A stretch of 64,000 bases of DNA from the human T2T-CHM13v2.0 reference genome, Homo sapiens: NCBI RefSeq assembly GCF_009914755.1, contig NC_060925.1. One strand, written 5' to 3'. The notes under the pieces are model-generated. The model had not been told where the DNA came from. It saw nothing but the letters and a program-made list of their open reading frames with translations, and searched no databases. Every line of letters starts with the position of its first letter. Positions within the stretch are counted from its first letter, which is position 1. Made by a program: the position numbers and the translations under genes. Positions 28,607 through 44,100 of the stretch are shown here, piece by piece.

Positions 28607-28917
28607 TTTTTTTTTCTTTTTCTTTTTCTTTTTTTGAGACAGAGTCTCGCTCTTTTGCCCAGGCTGGAGTTCAGTGGCGCAGTCTCGGCTCGCTGCAACC
28701 TCTGCCTCCCAGGTTCCAGCGATTCTCCTGCCTTCAGCCTCCTGAGTAGCTAGGACTACAGGTGCACGCCACCATGCCTGGCTAATTTTTGTATTTTTTG
28801 GTAGAGACAGGGTTTCACCATATTGGCCAGGCTGGTCTCGAACTCCTGACCCCATGATCTAGCCTCCTCGGCCTCCCAAAGTGCTGGGATTACAGGCGTG
28901 AGCCACCATGCCCGGCC
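28607..28917 (-). mobile_element. Alu (S-like)
   Basis: Reverse dimer; TSD tcatttaag(g/a)gattttt. Confidence 0.97.
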
Positions 28918-28929
28918 TCATTTAAGAGA

Positions 28930-29720
28930 TTTTTGAAATAGTAGGTGGAACAAAAATACAGCCATAAAATAGAAGCTGGGAGGAATAGGATTGGAATTAC
29001 AACATACTAAAATTGTTTGGGAGGTAGATAGGGATAGCAATTAACTTTTGGCTTGGTTGAGGCCAATGTGAGTGTTAAAAATGACAGGGTACCCATGAAA
29101 GACAGAATATATAACTTCTGAAGCAGCAGAGGGAATAAAAAGGCATACAGCAAATACAATCAATTCCACAGAATTAAGAAAGGAGAAAAAAGTTTTAAAT
29201 GGATTATAAATAAAACATACAAGAGTATAAAGTCAAATACGTGTTAGTGTTCACAATAAATGAAAATGGGTTCAAAACGGTTAAAAAACAGAAATTCATA
29301 GTTTGGATGAGGAAAAACAGTACAGCTCTATCTGTTTACTGCAGACAAGCCTAAGAGATAATGAGGCACAAAGGGTAAAAGGAGAGAAAATTATGTATCA
29401 GCAAATATTCTCTAGAATAAAATAGGTAGCAAGATACATTTCAGAGGATAAAAAGACTTTAAGACAAAACAGCATTATTAGGGACAAAGAAGGTCATTAT
29501 ATCTTGTAATGACAAGATATAATAATCCTGAACTTAGTCTCAAAACACTTTAAAAAAAAAAAAGATACACTTGTAAGAAGAAAATGTCAAATCAGATCCA
29601 ATTGGTGGGATATTTTAGCATAGCTTTCTCAAAAATCAATGGAGTAAGTAGACACAAATTATTAGACTCAAATGAGCTAACTAATAAGAGCCCTGCTCCC
29701 AACAAAGAAAAATTACACTT
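28930..29720 (+). mobile_element. Ancient L1 (L1M-type) ORF2 5'/endonuclease relic
   Basis: A-rich. ataaatgaaaatgggttc...agactttaagacaaaacagcattattagggacaaagaaggtcattatat corresponds to the decayed L1 EN motifs N.NG... and DFK.K.I..DKEGHYI. Confidence 0.8.
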
Positions 29721-29965
29721 TTTCCCCCTCAGATTTACCACACAGAATGTCTCATACAGGACCACAAACCTTCCCCAGGTGTGTAAGTACCTGAGGACAG
29801 AGTGACAAGTGTGTAGGAACAGTTAACTCTCCCAAAGACATCCAGATATGAGAGGGGGTCTTGTATGGTGGCCAAGGTGTTTAGCTAACTAAACAATTCC
29901 ATGACTTCGGACGATTAAAATACCTTGTCTGAATCTTAGTTTCCTTATGTAAAACATGTCAATTT

Positions 29966-30500
<535 letters not shown>

Positions 30501-30598
30501 ATACCATTTGCCTTGCCAGGATTGGCGATGACATAGAGAATGATAAGAAAAGGAAAGCATTGTATACAGCACAGGAGTTCAAAAAAGGGGTACCTATT

Positions 30599-30891
30599 GG
30601 CCGGGCACAGTGGCTCACACCTGTAGTCCCAGCACTTTGGGAGGCCAAGGCAGGCAGATTGCTTGAGTCCAGGAGTTCTGAGACCAGCCTGGGTGACATG
30701 GCGAAACCTCATCTCTACAAAACATACAAAAATTAGCTGGGCATGGTGGCATGTGCCTGTAGTCCCAGCTACTCAGGAGGCTAAGGCCAGAGGGTCGCTT
30801 GAGCCTGGGAGATCAATGCTACAGTGAGCCATGATCACACCACTACCCTCCAGCCTGGGTGACAGAGCAAGACCCCATCTCAAAAAAAAAA
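30599..30891 (+). mobile_element. Alu (J-like)
   Basis: Full dimer; degenerate TSD aaaaaaggggtacctatt / aaaaaagagtacccatt. Confidence 0.95.
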
Positions 30892-30924
30892 GAGTACCCA
30901 TTTTGAAAGAGGACATAACAGGAA

Positions 30925-31075
30925 GATGTGTACACACATACACACATATGTGTACAGAGACACACAGACATGTACATATGTTTGCATATGGATATATAAA
31001 GACTGGGTTGCACATGTAAGCACATTTTATGCACGAGTAGACATGCATGCATGTGGGCATGCTTTCATACATGTA
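30925..31075. repeat. Degenerate alternating purine-pyrimidine (CA/TG/TA) tract
   Basis: tgtgtacacacatacacacatatgtgtac...acatgcatgcatgtg. Confidence 0.75.
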
Positions 31076-34000
31076 GGCAAATCATCTAGAAAATGGGATA
31101 AGAACATGGACCTCATGGGGTTGTGAGTGAACGAGTCCATGGTGCTCCGTGCAATGCCTAGCCCATTGTAAGTACTCGGAAGTCAGCTTTATTCCATATG
31201 GGAATGGGTCTGGAGCACGGTAAGGGGTACCTGACACCACACACGTTCACACAGGCACGCACAATGCAGTCTGTGTGAGCTCATTTTCAGAGGAAAGCCA
31301 GGCTAATGAGGAGGTTGTCTTCGTAGCCAGCGGGTGCCCAGGACAGCCCTGATGGGGACGCCACTTGGCTTTCTCCTGAGATGTTGGGCAAATGAGGAGA
31401 AAAGGCGTTTTAATCCCTCGTCATGTCTGTGAGGGCTGGAGGACATGTGCTGAGCTGGAATTCTCAACTTCAGCCTTTTTTTTTTTTCCTTGACACATCC
31501 ATCCCAGAAACATCTGTGAGATGAAACAGAGAAAGGTCTTATGAATTCAGCTCGTACTCGGCCTGTGCTCCCACCCGGAGCAAGCGAGACATGAATCACC
31601 GGCCCAGGGGCTCGGGGGCCCCACAGAGCAGCCTCTCCAGAGGGGCCCCGGCCTTTCCAGCGTAGCCGCTTTTGATTTCCCCAAAGCCTTCTGATCGTCT
31701 ACACTCCACAGAGCATGTGCGTCCAAGAGAGAGCTCGGCTTGCACCAGGGTGGGGGAGAGCCGCTCATTCCTCAGACTGTGCTGAGTCCAACTCTACACC
31801 AGGCTCTCGGAGGCACAAAGATGAACCAGACAAGGAGTGCGCCGAGGCCCTTTCACTTGTCCCCATCTTCCCATTGTTTGAAAACACTGGAGGAAGACAG
31901 CTATTGTGGTTTTGTGAGCAGTTGCTTCAATGGGCATGTATTTTGGTACATTGATCCGTAGAAGCCGTAGAATGTTGTGCGTTGGACATTTTTATCCTGC
32001 ATGCAGGAGGGAGTGCGTAATGGCTACTGCTAGGTCAGGGATCAACCAGGTAAGGTCTTAACAGCCAGCCAGTAATTGAACTTGACCTTCTGGGGGCCTG
32101 TGCGTGGCCTGCAGCCTCAGATCCCGCCAGATGGCTGAAATCCCTAGCCCTCTCCCACCTTTTGTCTCACCTTTTCTGTGTGTTTCAAGAAAATGAGTAG
32201 ATTTCAGAGCCGCAGTGACCCCTGGCCTTTTGTAGCATGCACCAGGGCCAGGAAGGGGGCAGAAATGAGGCCAGCCCTCTTGTTCATTTCTTCTGTCCAA
32301 TGGACAAAGCTGTGGTGGGCACCTGCTGTGCTCTGGGCCCTGTGCTGGGCACTGGGGAAACGGAGGAGAAGACAGAGCTTTCTTTAAAGAGCCCACAGGC
32401 TCAGGAGGTAGACGGCCCAGGGCCCTGGTAGAAAACTTTTTGTTTCCTCAAAGATGCAGACAAAGTCCTGTGAGGTACAGGAGGTGGGAAGAGGGCCTTT
32501 GTGGTTCCAAGTGGCTGGAGCAAGACCAGGAGAGGCCCTACACGGCGGGGGAGGGGGGCCTGAACTGGATTTGAGTGTGCAGAGATGGAGAAGTCTGCAG
32601 ACAGGCTTGGGCACTGGATCAGCAACGTCAGGGATGGGAGAGCTGTCAGTCATTCAAAAGACGTCCCAACCAGAGGGTCCTAATTATTTCAGCTCCCAAT
32701 GTTATAAAGAAAGCAGCTCAGGCCTGAAGGGGGGAAGCCATTCTCCCACTGTCACAGGGGCCCCTGGGACCCCCAGTCCCCTTTCTAGGGCCATTTCCAC
32801 AGTCGGGGAGAGAGACTTACTAGTATGACTCCCTGCACACACATAGATGCCTGCTTTCCTTGTGCTGGCCAGCTGCTGTGCGGGGTGGGGAGGATGTGAT
32901 GTTTACAGAGTCACAAGTTTATGAGAGGGATGGGGGTTCTCTAACATGAGTGTAGGTGGGAGAGATAAAAGAGTTTCTCTAGTCCTGAAGAATTTGGGCC
33001 CATTTTACAGATGAGAAAGTTGAGTCACAGGAGACCAAGTAACATACCCAGAGTTGCACATTGTTTAGTAGATTAAACTAGGCGTGTATGAAGCAAGGAG
33101 AGGGAGAAGGTGAACGCCAAGTTTCAGCCATTTTCCCATCTGTTTCCAGATCATCCCTGTCTTCCTCAGGACAGTCCCAGACCAGTCCTTCCCATTCAGC
33201 TTCTCACCTTGGCCTTCCCCACTCCTTCCCAGAATTCTTAGCAACAGACCGGCAGCCTGAGAGGGGCTGGAATCCCCCAGCCCACCCCCATTCCTTGGAA
33301 GGGCTGGCTCTTGTTTACCCAGCTGGTGTGAACCCAGGCTGGGGTCACCAGGAAGACCGAGGATGCCTGTCGTCCAGCTGGTGCCCCACTGCTTGGGTCT
33401 AATGACCCCTTCCCTCCCTTTCTAGGCCTCCCCCAAAGAGGTGACCCAAGGTGGGGCTTGGCCTCAAGGAATAGGGGAGCTTGGCTCCTATTTCATCCCT
33501 TTATGTCTCTGTTCTTTCATCTTTCCTGAAAAAGCAGAGGTGGCCACGAGGAAAGAGATGGAATCAAACTTAAGAGCTAGTTAGTAAGGGGCAGATAAAC
33601 AGAGCCCGGGGTTTGGCACTGAAAAACCTGGGTTTGAGTCCCAGATCTGTGTGACCCTAGCAGATCCCATGCCCTCTCTGGACATCCATGTTCCACTCTG
33701 CCATCTCAGGGCAATGGTCACCCCCGATCCCAGTGAAGCTCAAGTGCAATAACCAATGTAAAAAGGCTTTGTAGAGTCAAAATGCAATAAGGTTGGTGAT
33801 TACAGTCATTATTAGATTGACATAAGGGAACATATCTGTTCAGAAAGGCACATTAAACTAATCAGGGGAAGGGGCATAGGCCAGGAGTCAGAAGACCCAG
33901 GGAATAGTATAGGCATTAACTGTGTGGCCCTGGGCATGCGCTTTTGCTTCATTATCCCTTTTAGCTCCGCTTACGTTAAAATGGAATCATAAGCCCTGTT

Positions 34001-34149
34001 CTCCCTACAGAGTCTTATGGTGACCAAGTAAGATTATTCATCCAACCAGCATTTACTCAAGACCTTCCATGCACCAGGCCCTGGGGTAAGCTAGCATGTA
34101 GCTCCTGTCCCCGAAAATCTAGTATGATTTTTCGGAAAATGATACTAGA

Positions 34150-34518
<369 letters not shown>

Positions 34519-35571
34519 TCAGGTATAATTGAGTCTAGTCTGCTCATTTTGCAGATAGGAAAAACAAAGCCCTAAAAAGCAAAACAGCTTTCCCAGGATA
34601 TCAGAAATGAGGAACACCTGTTGCCACTTCTCTGCTGAATCCGAGGCAGACAGTACCAATCAATCACGATGCTCTTCCTGCCAACCCACATGCTACTTCA
34701 GGATCTTCTGAATCTCAACGCAACACTCTGGGCAACCACCAGTCAATTGGTCAGAGTTGGAGGGCAATCTGAAACTATGCATACCAACCCTAAATCCTAA
34801 CCCTGGACTTGCCCAAGGCCATTTGGCCAGAACGATCTGTTCTGACACTCAGACGCAGGGTCTTTCACTCACTCTGCATCTCCATTTGCTCCTGAAAGCA
34901 ACTCTTATGGAGTATCCACCAAAGATGAGTAAGGCCTGGTGACCGTCAGCAAGAGGCTCAAAGTCTGGGGGAGAAGAAAGTCAAAGGGGAAGTAATTGTG
35001 ATATGGGGAGAAAGTCAGGGATATACACAAATCCCTGTGGGAATTTGGAGAAGAGAACAACCTGGCTATTCAAGGACAGGGTTAGGGGGCAGGGTGGTGG
35101 TTAAGGAAGGCTTCCCAAAGGAAAGGACATTGAAATCAGCACTCAGCCAGCAAATACATGGCAAACATGGGGTCCTGGATAGGGTCCAGATGCCTCAGGT
35201 GTCTGAGGATGAAGGACATCTATGAACTGACATTAGAAGGCATCGTAGCAGGGCCACCAACCCTGGTGAATGGGCAAAGTTGGGACTTGGGAGGAGAAAC
35301 TCAGGAGGTAGGAAGGGAAGTTTCTAGGCTGTTTTGAGCTGAAGCCCAGTGAACTAGACGGTCAAGCCCCTACTGAACTCACCTATCGTACCCTACACTC
35401 CTTCACTTGTAGCCCTCATCATACTGCTAATTATTTAACATAGGTCTAGGCTGGGAGCCCGGATAGGGCAGGGACTGGATCTCATTTGTTACTAGCTGGG
35501 ACTTGAACGTAGCCCTGGCGCAGTGCCTGGCTGCTTCATTGTAAGTACTCAGTAAATCTTGGACGGATATG

Positions 35572-35611
35572 TGGATGGATGGATGGATGGATGAATGGAT
35601 GGATGGATGGA
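35572..35611. repeat. (TGGA)n STR at an L2 3' end
   Basis: tggatggatggatggatggatgaatggatggatggatgga. Confidence 0.9.
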
Positions 35612-35957
35612 CAGAGAGATGTCATGCAGCCTCTCTCTAAGCCTGTTTTCTCCTTTGCAAAATGGGAGAAATAGTGCCAAACTCATAGGGATGTTATAAG
35701 GATTAAATGAGATGATGTCACTAAAGCCTCTAGCGTGGTGTGTGGCATTCAAAAAATAATATTTATTGAAGGAATAACGATGACTACTTAAGCACAAGTG
35801 TAAAGATACTCTTGATAGATAAGCTCCTGATGAATAAATTTTGCATACTCTACCAGGATGATTAAAAGAGGAGGAAGTCTGGGACACAATTGTTAGAAAT
35901 CAAGCCTAGTAGTGACCATCAGGGTGGTAAAACCTTGGATGGAAAATGCCCCAAATC

Positions 35958-36262
35958 ATTTTATTTTTTATTTTATTTATTTGGTGGAGTCTTGCTCTAT
36001 CGCCCAGGCTGGAGTGCAACGATGTGACCTTGGCTCACTGTAACCTCCACTTCCTGGGCGCAAGTGATTCTCGTGCCTCAGCCTCCCAAGTAGCTGTGAT
36101 TACAGGCACACACAACCACGCCTGGCTAATTTTTGTATTTTTAGCAGAGATGGGATCTTGCCATGTTGCCCAGGTTGGTCTGGAACTCCTGGCCTCAAGC
36201 AATCCGCCCACCTTTGCCTCCCGAAGTGCTGGGATTACACACATAAGCCACCATGCCCGGCT
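35958..36262 (-). mobile_element. Alu (J-like)
   Basis: Reverse dimer; TSD ccccaa(a/g)tcatttt. Confidence 0.96.
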
Positions 36263-38842
36263 CCCCAAGTCATTTTAGAACATGGAAGAATGGAGCTAAC
36301 CACCCATTCCGTGCAGACACATTATCCTAGCACTTTACACATGTTAATTTATTTAATCCCCACAACAACCCCCTGTGTTAGGTACTGTTATTACCCTCAT
36401 TTATCATATAGGGAAACTGAGGCACAGAAAGATACCCAAAGTCTCACAGCCAGGAAGTGGTCTGACTCCCAAAGCCACTCTTTTAGCCACCTGAGGAGCT
36501 CACTGTCTGACAGAGGAGACTAAGTAGCAATTACTAGGAGCAGAGATTGCATCTCTGTCCCCAGCAAGGTGCCCACCACATAGCAGGTTCTCAATCAGTA
36601 TCTGTGGAATGAATGAATGAATAAACGAATGAATCTGCATACCACCAACTCTAGAGCAGTGTGACGGGCTCTAATCATGGTATTAGTAGACGAATGGCAG
36701 CAGGTTAGTGCCTGAATGATCCAAGATTACTGTGTCTTATCTAAGTAGTTGTCATGGTCAGTTATAAAGCTTGTGGAGGACACATGCTTTGCTGTCCATT
36801 CCTGTGTGTCACTACCCATAAATGGCCTCTTGTTGTTCCTGTGATCTTAACCAGGGCCTCTTGCTGTCGTTTAAGTCCTTGTAGGGCAGGAGGGAGTCTG
36901 GACTGCAGGGAGGGCTCAGTGCAAAGGAGGCCATGCTCAACTCCAAGCCAGTGGGGACCTTGGCCCACTTCTGCCACCAACACCCCATATATCCCTGGAC
37001 AGAGACTTCCCTCTCTGAGCCTCACTCCCCTCATCAGGACAGGGGAATAGAGATGGCATCTCCCTCGAGGCTGTGGGGGTGGAAGGCATGCACGTGGCCA
37101 CATTTAGGAAACACAGAAGCAGAAGGTAGGATTGTTCTAGAAAGAGGCGATTGTCAGGCTGGTTTCGGGGGTGACTCAGTCTTGAAGGTGGGAGCAGGGG
37201 GAGGCCATGGCGAGATGTGAATGGCAGCCCCATGCCCTGTCGGCCCCATGGTCACTCCTGCTGTATATGTCACAGTGCCGGAAGTGTCCATCATTTGATG
37301 AACATCTGGGATGAAGGCCTGGTGTCTCCAGGAGGGATCCTGTTTTAATGCATGCGGGGTACAGACAGTGTAACATTTTGATTCCCTGGCAAAGACACAT
37401 CCCTGGCCTCTCTCAGCATGAGCTGACATCAGAGAGAATGGGGCAGGGCTGGAGACAGAGGGCCGATGCCAGGAGCCGGGCAAGATCTGAGACTTCCAGC
37501 AGGGGTCCCATGGGGCCTCGGGACAGCTGGAGGAGCCACATGCCTGGGGTTGGGTGAGGGGCAACAGGAGAACCCTAAAAATGGAGCAAAGAGCTGTCGG
37601 GAGTAACTTTCTTCTCTTTCAACTTTTTGCCAAGGAGCAGCGTGGCTACAGACTCTGCATAGCCCAGAGAGGAGGCTCTGCCAGCCCCCCGGGCACCTGT
37701 CCCAGAAGTCTAATTACTAGCTCTCGATGGGCAGCCAGCTCACTGATTGCGAGTCCTTGCAGAGAGGCGGTGCTGAAATCATGAAATATTCCAAAGGAAA
37801 TACGTTTATTCCTTTGCAGAAGGATAACACAGCATCTCACTCGTCACTACCTCGCATTCGCGTGGGGTGTTACCGAAGGCTGAAGAACTTACTTATGGGT
37901 CCCTGTTAGATCTGACCGCCCCTTTCCACCCCTCACTGTCACCACCCTGTCCATCCATAGTCATCTGTGCCTGAACCATGGTGCAGCCTCCTCCCTGGCC
38001 ACCCTGTGCCCCCATAGCCCATTCCTCACTCAGCAGACAGAGGGAACTGTTCACATCACAAGCCACTTCCCAGCCCCACCAAAACCCTCCCATGGTTTGC
38101 CATCACACCTAGAGCCACCCTCAGCCTCCTTTCTGTGGCCATGGGGCCCACAGTTTTGGCTCCTTCCTCCTGCTCTGCCCTGTTTCCCACTCAGTTCCCC
38201 CATATTCACCTGCTTCAGCGGCCAGACCTCTGTACAGCCTGAAACTGAGCCCCAGGCTTATGCATTCCCTCTGAGGAAGAGCCTTTGTACATTCTGTTCC
38301 CTCTGCCTGGAATACCCTTCCCTGCACTCCCCCTCTAACTCCCCCTAACTGGCACCTTCTTGTCCTTCAGGTCTCAGCTCAGATGCCACATCCTCAGAGA
38401 AGCCTCCTCTGACCACCAGCCAAAGCAGCCCCCCAGCACTCTCTAGCACATCCCCCTGTATTTATCTAATACCTGTTTATTTTTCATTTTCCCCATTTGA
38501 TGATAAACTCTCAAGTAGGAACCTAGCTGTTTTGCTTGTGGCTGAATCTGAGCAATTAGAACACATGGTAGGGTATCGTATCTGTTGAGTGAAGGATCCC
38601 TGCAAGGAGAAATAGGTAATACTAATGGCCACTTACTGAGCCCCTGCAAGTACATGGCACCATCCAACTGTAACCTCATTTTGTCCTCACAGTATAAAAC
38701 CTTGCAAGGGAGTGTCCCCATTTTACACCTGAGGAAACTGAGGCTCTGGGGGTTCAAGCAACTTTCCCAAGACCATGCAGAAAGCAAGAAGCAGAGACCC
38801 AGGTCTGTCTAATTCTAAGTCCTTGCTCTTGCCACTGTGTTT

Positions 38843-39750
<908 letters not shown>

Positions 39751-41079
39751 CATTGCCACACTGTTATTAAAACAGGCTTATTGCCCTTGTTTAACACATA
39801 AGAAGACAGAGACTCAGAGAGGTATATGCTCATGTGCCCAAAAGCCTCAGCCAGGAAGAGCAGGGCTGGGATTGGAACCCAGAGTGCTGCTGCTGTCTCT
39901 GCAGGGGCAGGGGCTGGCAGGAGACCCAGGCAGCTGAGAGGCTGGCCCAGCCAGGCAGCTGTCTATAGTGAGAGGGGTCTTAGGGGTAGGCAGGAGCCTG
40001 TCCAGTTTGACAGCAGGGTCTAAGTGCTTCATGAGTATTAGCTGTCTTCTCAACAACCTTAGGAGGGAGAGTGTTATTATCCCCATTTTGCAGGTGGAAA
40101 AACTGAGGCACAGAAAAGTTATATTATTTACCCAAGGTCACTCAGCTAGGAAGTGGTGATGCCGGCTCCAGAGCACACACTGCTAACCACAGCACAGCAC
40201 TGTTTCTCTGAGGAGACGAAGCTGGGCCAGGCACCGGATCCCCCAGGAAGCCCCCAAGAAGGAAGCCTATAGCCTGGGGCCAGCATCCTTGGGACCTTGA
40301 CTGATCCCAGTCCTTTGGGGTCCTTGGTCAGATCAAGAGGGCATTAGGTCCTGCCTGCAGCTGAAGGCCTTTGGCAGCTCCATACCCTGCAAGGTACTCG
40401 GGCCCTGGAACCAGGCAGCAGGAGTAGACCCTGGCTCTGCCCACACCCGGATTTGTGTGCTCCTGGCCAGGCCACTTGAATGCTCAGAGCCTCAGTTTCC
40501 TCAGCTATAAAACAGGGCCAGGAGTTCATCAGGATGTTGCGATGAGAGCAGAGGAGGTGACGATGATGAGTTAGGCTCCATCCAGCGTGGAGTCCCACCT
40601 CCTGAGTGGTGAGCGAGCAGTGGCTGAAAGCACATGGTATCCAGCTCAATTTAGATCCCTCCTCTACCACTCACTGCATCAGTGACATTGGACAAGCGAC
40701 TTACCTCTCTATGCCTGTATCCCTTGTAAGTGGGGATAATTATAGTATAATTTGAGATTACATGATTAATCCATATAACGCACTTAAAACAGCATCTGCC
40801 CCACGGTAAGCACTAAGTGTGAACCGTCATTTAATAGAAGATAAATGTTAAAACATTAGTTCTGGCCGCTTTTGGAACTAAAGAGACCCTTCTAAGCAGA
40901 GTTCCCATGAGGTCAGAGAAAATAAGCTAGGAAGTTGTGGTCTCAAGCCCTCACTTGGTGACAGTGTGGGCTATCTTTGCAGGCTGCCCTTCACCACAAG
41001 TTGCCTCCCGACTCCTCATCTCCAGTTTTCTCGAGGATTAGTCCTTGTCTGTGGGTGCTAGAGCTAAGTGCTTGTCAAG

Positions 41080-41450
41080 TTTATGAACTTTCAGAGCCAT
41101 TTTTAGAAACAACCAGGACTCCTCATTTTTATAAGGGCTGAGATAAGAATGGTCTGTAAGATTAGAGGTTTGTCATTTTCCTCTGCTTTGATTCTCTCTC
41201 TCTCTTTACACACACACACCCACACACACACGTACACAGACAGCACAGCAGCCCCAGGCCCTATAAACACATTGTTCAAATAAAGGAGACATTTAGGGGA
41301 AGTCTGAAGCACCATTTAAAGGTGATTGCTCTAAATGGCCATGTCTAGGCAATTTGTCATAAAGTCTCCCGGCTGTTGGCCAGAGATCACTTTTGCTGCA
41401 AATCTTGCTGTTGTCTTGTAATTTTCAACTTTTGACCCTTTAAAACTGAG
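41080..41450. promoter_or_regulatory. Candidate Wnt/intestinal-type enhancer
   Basis: AGATAA 41141, CTTTGAT 41186, TAAACA 41264, CATTGTT 41270, GTCATAAA 41356; motif evidence only. Confidence 0.4.
41193..41240. repeat. (TC)n(CA)n compound microsatellite
   Basis: tctctctctctctttacacacacacacccacacacacacg. Confidence 0.85.
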
Positions 41451-41609
41451 AAGGTGTGGGATCTTGGTGAGTTTTGGGGATGGGAGTATTTTAAAGTAAC
41501 TTGTTAAGAAGCCATTTGGCCCTGGGAAAGTTTGGGATCAGTTAGACCCTAAGGATCCCTGCAGAGGAGCCCAGGATGCCCAGGTACCTGCTCTGCTGCA
41601 AAGGACTTA

Positions 41610-42164
<555 letters not shown>

Positions 42165-43889
42165 TCAGCCTTGCCATGCAGTTTCCCATCTCCACCCCTC
42201 CGCCCACGCTGCTCCCTCAGCCTCGCATGCTTCTCCTTTCTTGCTTTTGTCTTGTCATTCTTAGTCTTCCAACGCAGCTCAAGTGTTTGCACCTCCAGGA
42301 AACCACAGTGGTAGAGACCCCTCCTCTGGGCTTCCAGACCCAGCGCCTCTTCCCCACAGGCTTCCCCAGACATTGTTTGGAAACTGCTTACTGACCGGGG
42401 CATCTTCCCCACCAGGCTGGGAGCCCCTTGAGCTGTGGATCCCTAAGCCCAGCCCAGGCACCAGCCTTGAGGAGGTGAGGCCATGTGATAGAGTAGTTAA
42501 GACCCTGCCTTTGGCCTCAGATGTAATGCTCCCACACTCCCCTCCCAGTTCCAACACTAGCTGGAGTGGGTTACTCAGCCCCGCAGAACCTCCATCACCT
42601 CTTCTAGATGTGGGAATATCAATAGTACTCATGGGGTTGCTGTAGGAATTGATGATGCAAGCACACACTCTATGCTTATTAACTCCAAGTCTTCACTGCA
42701 GGTAAGTCCTATTCATTAATCGATTTTTCAGATGAGGAAACGGAGATGCAAAGACAGTTTGAGGAGCTTGCCCAAGGTCAGTGGCAGACTCAGAGTTCAA
42801 GGCCAGAAGGACCCTGTTGCAGAGCCTGTGCCCCTAACCACTGGGAAGCACAGCCCCCTGATAACTTATATGAAGCCTGGAACACAGCAGCTGCTCAATA
42901 AATGGTGGCTGCTGTTGTTAATAGGTGCTCAGTTCGTTTTTAATGGTAAAGAGGTGGGGCTGGACACAACAGGGGAGGAAGGGCTCAAGACCTAGGGAAG
43001 GGAGAGAACTGGAGGAAACAAAAAGGAAACAGGAAAGCTTTGAAACGGGGGAGAGGGCCATCTGAGGCCAGGGCAGGTGGGCTGGAGTGTGAGGGGCCCA
43101 GGGCCCAGGCAGGCTGCTGGAGGAAAGGGCTGAGGGCACCAGGGCTATGTGGCCATTTGGGCACTGGACTAGGATCTCCCCTGGCTTCCCTGCTCTTGGA
43201 AAATAAAACCCCAAACTCCATCACCAAGCACACAAAACCCTTTGTGACATAATCCCAGATCAACTGTCTCACCTCGTGTCTGAACCCTTCCCCCATACAC
43301 CCTGTGCTCCAGTCCCTCCATGCCTCCAGCACATGCTGTTCTGCCTGTCTGAAATGTCCTTGGTCTCTTCTGACCCTGACAGACTCCTACTCATCCTTTA
43401 ATACCCTATTCAAGTGGCTCCTGTTCTGGAGAGCCTTCCTGGGTACCCCTAGCTAATCATACTCTCTCTCCCCTGCTAGACGGTGAGCCTCAAGGCCAGG
43501 GACTATGTCTTATTCAACTCTGTGCCTAGTGCCTGACACAGAGCTGGGCACAAAGTGATCATTGAGAAACAGCTTGTTGAGTTTTTATGGAGTAAGTCTA
43601 TCCTCAAATCAAGGGCAGGCCCTCATGGAACCACACACACGATCTCAAATCCTCAGTGTCCAGGAGGGCTTAGATTTGGAGGTAGGAGCCAAGTGAGATT
43701 AAGAAGAGAACTCATACTTCTTAGGGATCCAGACTAGGGAATTTTCCAGGACAAGTAGGCCTCCAGAACTCTGCTGTGTGCCCGTGACTGCTGCTGAGAG
43801 AATTCATACCTGGGACCTCACCCCGATCCACTCCAGCACCACTCAGAGATAGTGGAAAACAAGCTGGAGGCCTGAGATGGCCTGTCCAC

Positions 43890-44100
43890 TATCGCTCGGT
43901 GGACCTCCTTAAAATGTGGAGCCCAAAACTAGCCCTGCCTGAGCTACCAGGAGGATGCTGGCTGTCACTCTACTTCTACTCTTACAGCCTACAATCACAT
44001 TGGCTTTTTCAGCAGCTTTTGGCTTGTGGTCAACTCAAACCCCCAGGTCTTTTTCACTGGGGTGGCTGCCAAGCCACATCTTGTGCATTTGATTTATGGC
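43890..44100 (-). mobile_element. L3/CR1 LINE fragment
   Basis: ccttaaaatgtggagcccaaaact...cagcctacaatcacattggctttttcagcagc...gcttgtggtcaactcaaacccccaggtctttttcac resembles antisense CR1 ORF2. Confidence 0.6.

Noticed and set aside
28930-29805. Intact L1 or a retrogene in the A-rich block
   Set aside because: Heavily frameshifted endonuclease relic with no open frame of meaningful length.
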